From NCBI GenBank assembly GCA_001179505.1, contig CDMY01000745.1:1-25065 (forward strand): DNA of 25,065 nucleotides, read 5' to 3'. A program made the position numbers and the translations under genes. Under the pieces are notes generated by a model, which was given only the letters and a program-made list of their open reading frames with translations, was not told the DNA's origin and did no database searches. Each line of letters opens with the position of its first letter. Position 1 is the stretch's first letter. Shown piece after piece: positions 20,323-25,065 of this stretch. Source of the DNA: Vitrella brassicaformis CCMP3155. Taxonomy: Eukaryota; Protista; Chromerida.

Positions 20323-21120
20323 CTAGCTGTTTTGCACTACTGCTTTGCGAACTTCTCGCCAGCGGCAGAAAAATATAGAAAGCCGCCATATAATCGTGCA
20401 CGAACTGAGAATCACAGTGGGTACTAGGATGTGCGTATATATAAGGATCAACACAAGGATTGCCACATCCGGTATAACAAAAGAAACCATCCAGAGATCG
20501 TGAGAGGTCAGAAGTGTCTTACGAATGGCAATGAGCAGAATAGAAATAAGTTCTACAACAGTCATCACACCAATAGTGAGGCCTGCAATCATCGTTTCAA
20601 ATTCGAAGACCCCATATGCCATGTAAACGTTCCACGCAATGTTAAGGGCCAGTAAAAGCAGTGAAGCGATTTTTCGCAATTGAGACCCCTGACAATGCGA
20701 CCGGCACTCCTGCCACAGCAGCTTACCGATTGACTGCTGCTTCTCTCGAGCATTCAAAAGAAAACTGATGAACCGGTAACTAACAGTGGAGCTTGTCATG
20801 ATGGCAGAAAAAACGAAAATACCTTTCTTCCAAGATTTCAAGTTCCCCCACTGTTTCTCAGTGTACATAACCGTTAACACTAGAATAAATACTTCAGGCA
20901 GTGCAAAGAGCAAGATATAGAGATGCTGGCGAAGAGAAGGAGGTCCAGTCACAGCATAGTGCACATTCAAAGAAATCAAATCCACTGCAGAGAGACATAA
21001 AATAATGATGCCTGCAGGGACGTTTCGACCTCCATCTTGTAGAGAATGATCCCAGGCCCAGCCAAGTTGGATCCCAACTAGCAAATCCGACAAAAGGTCG
21101 GCAGCTAGAAAAAGGAGCAT
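20323..21120 (-). CDS. Intronless polytopic membrane protein (about 8 TM segments), unknown function
   Basis: Stop-free frame to 21258; first ATG at 21120 (265 aa); repeated hydrophobic segments separated by short charged loops. Confidence 0.7.
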   Translation of the reverse strand: MLLFLAADLLSDLLVGIQLGWAWDHSLQDGGRNVPAGIIILCLSAVDLISLNVHYAVTGPPSLRQHLYILLFALPEVFILVLTVMYTEKQWGNLKSWKKGIFVFSAIMTSSTVSYRFISFLLNAREKQQSIGKLLWQECRSHCQGSQLRKIASLLLLALNIAWNVYMAYGVFEFETMIAGLTIGVMTVVELISILLIAIRKTLLTSHDLWMVSFVIPDVAILVLILIYTHILVPTVILSSCTIIWRLSIFFCRWREVRKAVVQNS

Positions 21121-21188
21121 ACTCAGTTTCAATACCCTGTCAAAGGCGAGGTCGTTGATAGATATATGACATACTTGAGATGCTTTGG

Positions 21189-21740
21189 TCAAGATGGTGC
21201 GGATAAAAACTCCTCCGACCTTCCCTTGGCCAGAGCGGTGGCAATCGGAGATGGACAAATACTAAGCGAGCTACTTGGCTCTCCAGCATCCTCGCCAGTG
21301 TGTAAAGTTCGAGGCTCAGCGAGTAGAACAAAAAGCAAAAACTGGACCAATGCGCCGATCACTAACCATACCCACGTGATATAATCTCCGGAACCAACAG
21401 ATCCGCAACCAACAAAAGTATGTGCCCCAATTGAGAGATTCATTAGGACCCGCATCCAGGAAGAAAGGGGCCGTAGGACAAGCGACAGGATCCCTGTGAG
21501 TAAGACGAGCACCACTGATGCTGCCACGCCTATTCCGACGGCAACCATGATCGTCTCGTCCTCCCATGAACAAGATTTTCCCAGCTCCTCCCAAGGACAC
21601 GACCAATCGCGCGTCAAAATATATCCCGACATCGCTGCCCCCATAGCAGCGAAGAGAATAACGAGCCCGAAGATCGACCCAAAGTGTATCTGCGGGCGGT
21701 CAGTTAGCCAAATAATGCCGCCACAGGGCTTCTTCATCAT
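21189..21740 (-). CDS. Intronless membrane protein with about 4 TM segments, unknown function
   Basis: From MMKKP at 21740 (183 aa); hydrophobic stretches IFGLVILFAAMGA, IMVAVGIGVAASVVLVLL, VLMNLSIGAHTFVG, VWLVIGALVQFLLFVLL; Cys-containing loop WSCPW...SCSW. Confidence 0.6.
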   Translation of the reverse strand: MMKKPCGGIIWLTDRPQIHFGSIFGLVILFAAMGAAMSGYILTRDWSCPWEELGKSCSWEDETIMVAVGIGVAASVVLVLLTGILSLVLRPLSSWMRVLMNLSIGAHTFVGCGSVGSGDYITWVWLVIGALVQFLLFVLLAEPRTLHTGEDAGEPSSSLSICPSPIATALAKGRSEEFLSAPS

Positions 21741-21754
21741 CAAGAAACCCCACG

Positions 21755-22590
21755 GCTCGTCAGGCTCGCTTGTGAGGCTCGGAAATGTTGCTACATTGGA
21801 AGAAGGTTCTGCATGCACCGGAACACAACGAGCATAGGCACACCAAACACACAATGTCTACCTCGACTTGGCTAGCCCAATAACTCAATACGCATATGTA
21901 CTTACGTGTGCTAAGCGGCCCATGAGGCTCGTAAGGCTCGCTTGTGAGGCCCGAAAACGTTGCTACATTGGAAGAAGGTTCTGCATCTGCACCAGAGCAC
22001 AACGAGCATAGCCACAGCAAACACACAGTCTCTACCTCGACTTGGCTAGCTCAATAACTCAATGCGAATATGCACTTACGTGTGCTAAGCGGCCCATGAG
22101 GCTCGTAAGGCTCGCTTGTGAGGCCCGGAAACGTTGCTACATTGAAAGAAGGTTCTGCATCTGCATCTAAACACAACAAGCACAGACACAGCAAACATGC
22201 AGTCTCTACCTCGACTTCGCTAGCTCAATAATTCAATACGCATATACACTTACGTATGCTAGGCGGCTCATGAGGCGCGTAAGGCTCGCTTGTGAGGCCC
22301 GGAAACGTTGCTACATTGGAAGAAGATTCTCCATCTGCACCTAAACAGAACAAGCACAGGCACACCAAACATACAGTCTCTACATCAATTTGGCTAGCTC
22401 AATACGCATATGCACTTACATGTGCTAGGCGGCTCGTGAGACCCGCTTGTGAGGCCCGGAAAGGTTGCTACATTGGAAGAATATTCTGCATCTACACCAG
22501 AACATAACAAGCACAGGCACACCAAACACACACAGTCTCTACCTCGACCTGGCCAACTCAATATGCATATGCACTTACGTGTGCTACGGT
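21755..22590. repeat. ~174-bp tandem repeat, about 5 copies
   Basis: GGCTCGCTTGTGAGG at 21763, 21935, 22109, 22283 and a variant at ~22440; shared GTTGCTACATTGGAAGAA and TCTACCTCGACTTGGCTAGC. Confidence 0.95.
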
Positions 22591-23243
22591 ACGTGAAGCT
22601 ATGACTGAGTCCTCCAATGCATACATTCCTCAGCATCACATCCGTTTGCTGCTGTTGATCCTACCTCTCCTCGCGAACCACGACCTGAAAGGCGAAACGA
22701 TACACAGGATGGATACGATGGATGTATGTCCAGGACACACGTACACGAATTTCCTCCCCAACCCCCTCTACCTACCCTGTACTCTTCAGCTGTCTCTCTT
22801 TTCTGTCCGTCAGCAGCGGTAGTCTTTCCTTCTCCCGCTTGCACTTCCCCTTCACTCGTGAAGCTGTTCGAATGACGAGGAAGAGAGTGCTGAAAAGGAG
22901 TACCCAAGCAACCACAGCAGAGAGAAATGGCCTGCTCACGAAGGTGTTCCGTCATCCTGTTCAGTCGTAGGTGCTAGAGCTATGGCGAGTTGCGTAACAC
23001 AGTGGTCAAGCGAGGTATCGGCTAACGCACACCAAGCACAAAGAGCCTTCACGGAACACGCAAGAGTCTTTTGTCCGATTTCGGGAGGGACAGGTAGACA
23101 GAGAGAGAGCGGCTGCGCTATCCATCCATCTATCTATCCTCTACTTCGCATTCGCATTCGCATGGCTCTAGGGCGCGTATAACTGTTCTCCAGCCTGTGA
23201 GCGCATCATTCCGCAACACCCCTTTTCGCACACAGCATTAGGA

Positions 23244-23521
23244 ATTCCGAGTAAGGGGCACCCACTGCGTGGACACCCCGGGCCGCGAATTGGGCGGGAG
23301 TCGAAAGCATCGTGCGAAGTGGTGGTTCAATTATGCGTCACAGAGACGTGCACAGCACGAGTGTTGGCGAGAAGCACATCGACGCATGAAACAATGGCGA
23401 GAGCTCGAAAAACATGCAGATCTTGAAGGCAGACGTGGCGATAACATGCAGGTACTCAGAGGGCTAACATAAGACACGCCCCATGTTGCCGCTCCTGTTG
23501 CGCCCGAGTTGAAGACGTGCT
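23244..23521 (+). repeat. ~275-bp direct repeat, copy 1 (copy 2 at 24791-25065)
   Basis: ATTCCGAGTAAGGGGCACCCAC...GGTACTCAGAGGGCT...TTGAAGACGTGCT shared. Confidence 0.93.
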
Positions 23522-23920
23522 TCGCCAAGCATATCAATGTCTCGCTGGAAGCAATTGGATGTGAACCTATCGATATCCAGCGATGATATCAATAGACATG
23601 TATCAATCTAGCGAGCCTGTTGAAGGGGCTATTGAAGACTGCCTTCGATGACTATCAATCGGCTTGTCAATCCAATGGGAGCCGCCAGGATCAGCCCAAC
23701 GATGACCTGCACCAGCAACGCAACAAGGTAAATGAAATCGGCCACAGCCGCGCCACGTTAGATGAAGCAAGCCTCCTGAGTAGCTTCTCTTCGAATATCT
23801 TCACACACGGTGGTCACTCAATGGATGCTGCCGACCTCACTCGATTGCTGGCGCAGCCGGCGTCCGCATTCAAGCCGCCTGAGACGGTCGACGACAGGAC
23901 CTTCTCAGCACTGGGCGAGC

Positions 23921-24365
23921 CGTTACCAATTTAACGAAGAGCAGATGCGGGCGTTCCAAATCATCTGCAGCCACTTGCTGAACCACTACAAAGACCTGAG
24001 GGACAGTAAATACATCGCGGCATTGCGCATGTGCCTGACCGTCATGGAAGCCGTGAAGGCTTGCTCTGCTGAACTGCAATGCTGACATTGGCTATGTCTG
24101 GCGGCACTTACCGGTGTGGCTGCAGATAACACCGAAGGCTCGACAGTCGATTCGCTCCTGCACGTCTTCGATGACTCCGAGAGTGGCGAGAAGAGGCTGC
24201 GGCGCAAGCGGGGAAGCAGCAGACAGTCGATGGTGACCGCATTTGCAGAGAGGAGTCTTGCAAGCGTATCCACTACCAAGTCCACTGCACGATAGTCGGC
24301 GAGATCTCTCTCGTTAACCGCCAGAAGCTCAACAAAGTCGATGCGGCACTGAGGGACCTGCGAAA
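23921..24365 (+). mobile_element. Decayed PIF1-family (Helitron-type) helicase fragment
   Basis: Across frameshifts: FNEEQMRAFQII..H, LRMCLT (Walker A disrupted), AALTGVAADNTEGSTVDSLL (motif Ia), IVGEISLVNRQKLNKVDAALR (Walker B with D to G). Confidence 0.72.
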
Positions 24366-24790
24366 AGGCACCCAAGAAAGACCAAACTCAACCAGCTGCA
24401 TGACGGGACAAGGGAGAAACATCCCATCCACCACAAACTGGCGCGTTTCGTGTGTTAACAGTCAGTTGATGCAGTTTTTAAGCAGTTCGCGCCCAGAGAT
24501 ACCCTTGTTCGTTCCCTTTCTCCCGAAGAAAGCGCGATCTTTTTCAAGCAGCAGCGGTTTCAGGGAGCACCCTAGACGGCCTGACGGCCAAGCTTTTTTT
24601 AATAAGTTGCAGCTTTAGGGTACATCAGTTTAACGGTCACTGATCCAAACGTGAAAAAACACGAAGCTTCTCGACACATTGAAGTGTCTGTAGTACTGCA
24701 AGCAACACATCACCGCTACCGTATTTCCTTTTCCCTTTCATACGATCGTGGTCGAACGTTTTGTCTGACCGAACGTGTTGTTTCTTAAAG

Positions 24791-25065
24791 ATTCCGAGTA
24801 AGGGGCACCCACGCAGGGGCACCCACTGCGTGGGCACCCCGGGCCGCGAATTGGGCGAGGGTCGAAAAAAGCGTGCGAAGCGGTGGTACAATTATGCGTC
24901 ACAGAGACAAGCACAGCACGAGTGTTGACGAGAAGCACACCCACGCATGCAACAATGGCGAGAGCTTGAAAACATGCAGATCTCGAAGACAGACGTGGCG
25001 ATAACACGCAGGTACTCAGAGGGCTGCAGTAAGAACACAAGACACGCCCTTGTTGAAGACGTGCT
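24791..25065 (+). repeat. ~275-bp direct repeat, copy 2 (reaches window end)
   Basis: Matches 23244-23521 with indels, including a 14-bp internal duplication at 24801-24825. Confidence 0.93.

Noticed and set aside
21755-22590. Spliced-leader, 5S or snRNA gene array
   Set aside because: No recognisable leader sequence, Sm site or 5S/tRNA internal promoter boxes; units are too degenerate.
24808-24834. 9-bp perfect hairpin (CCCACGCAG/CTGCGTGGG) as a Helitron 3' terminus
   Set aside because: No CTRR end follows on either strand, and the hairpin depends on a local duplication absent from the other repeat copy.

Overview
Eukaryotic genomic scaffold: GT-AG introns with (CA/TG)n tracts and TGTGTGCAG acceptors, GC-rich exons. 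The style suggests an alveolate such as a chromerid (inference only). Three 300-N gaps are probably placeholders. 1-6433: fragments of a multimodular cis-AT type I PKS/FAS (ER, KR, ACP, KS, AT) with two near-identical module copies. 6783-8934: the most interesting part, a spliced gene whose exon phases join a MacroD-type macrodomain, an acidic linker, a domain with the motif pattern of bacterial/fungal gasdermins, and a ubiquitin-like domain ending RLRGG, followed by the start of a second gasdermin-like copy. This copy carries one TAG and one 2-nt frameshift. It runs in frame into a 5'-truncated, 12-intron LacZ-type (GH2) beta-galactosidase pseudogene (9044-13394). The rest is a mosaic of gene fragments, two inverted arrays of a 60-bp minisatellite enclosing captured exons, the 3' end of an RLE-type non-LTR retrotransposon, two intronless membrane-protein ORFs, a ~174-bp tandem array and a decayed PIF1/Helitron-type helicase between direct repeats.
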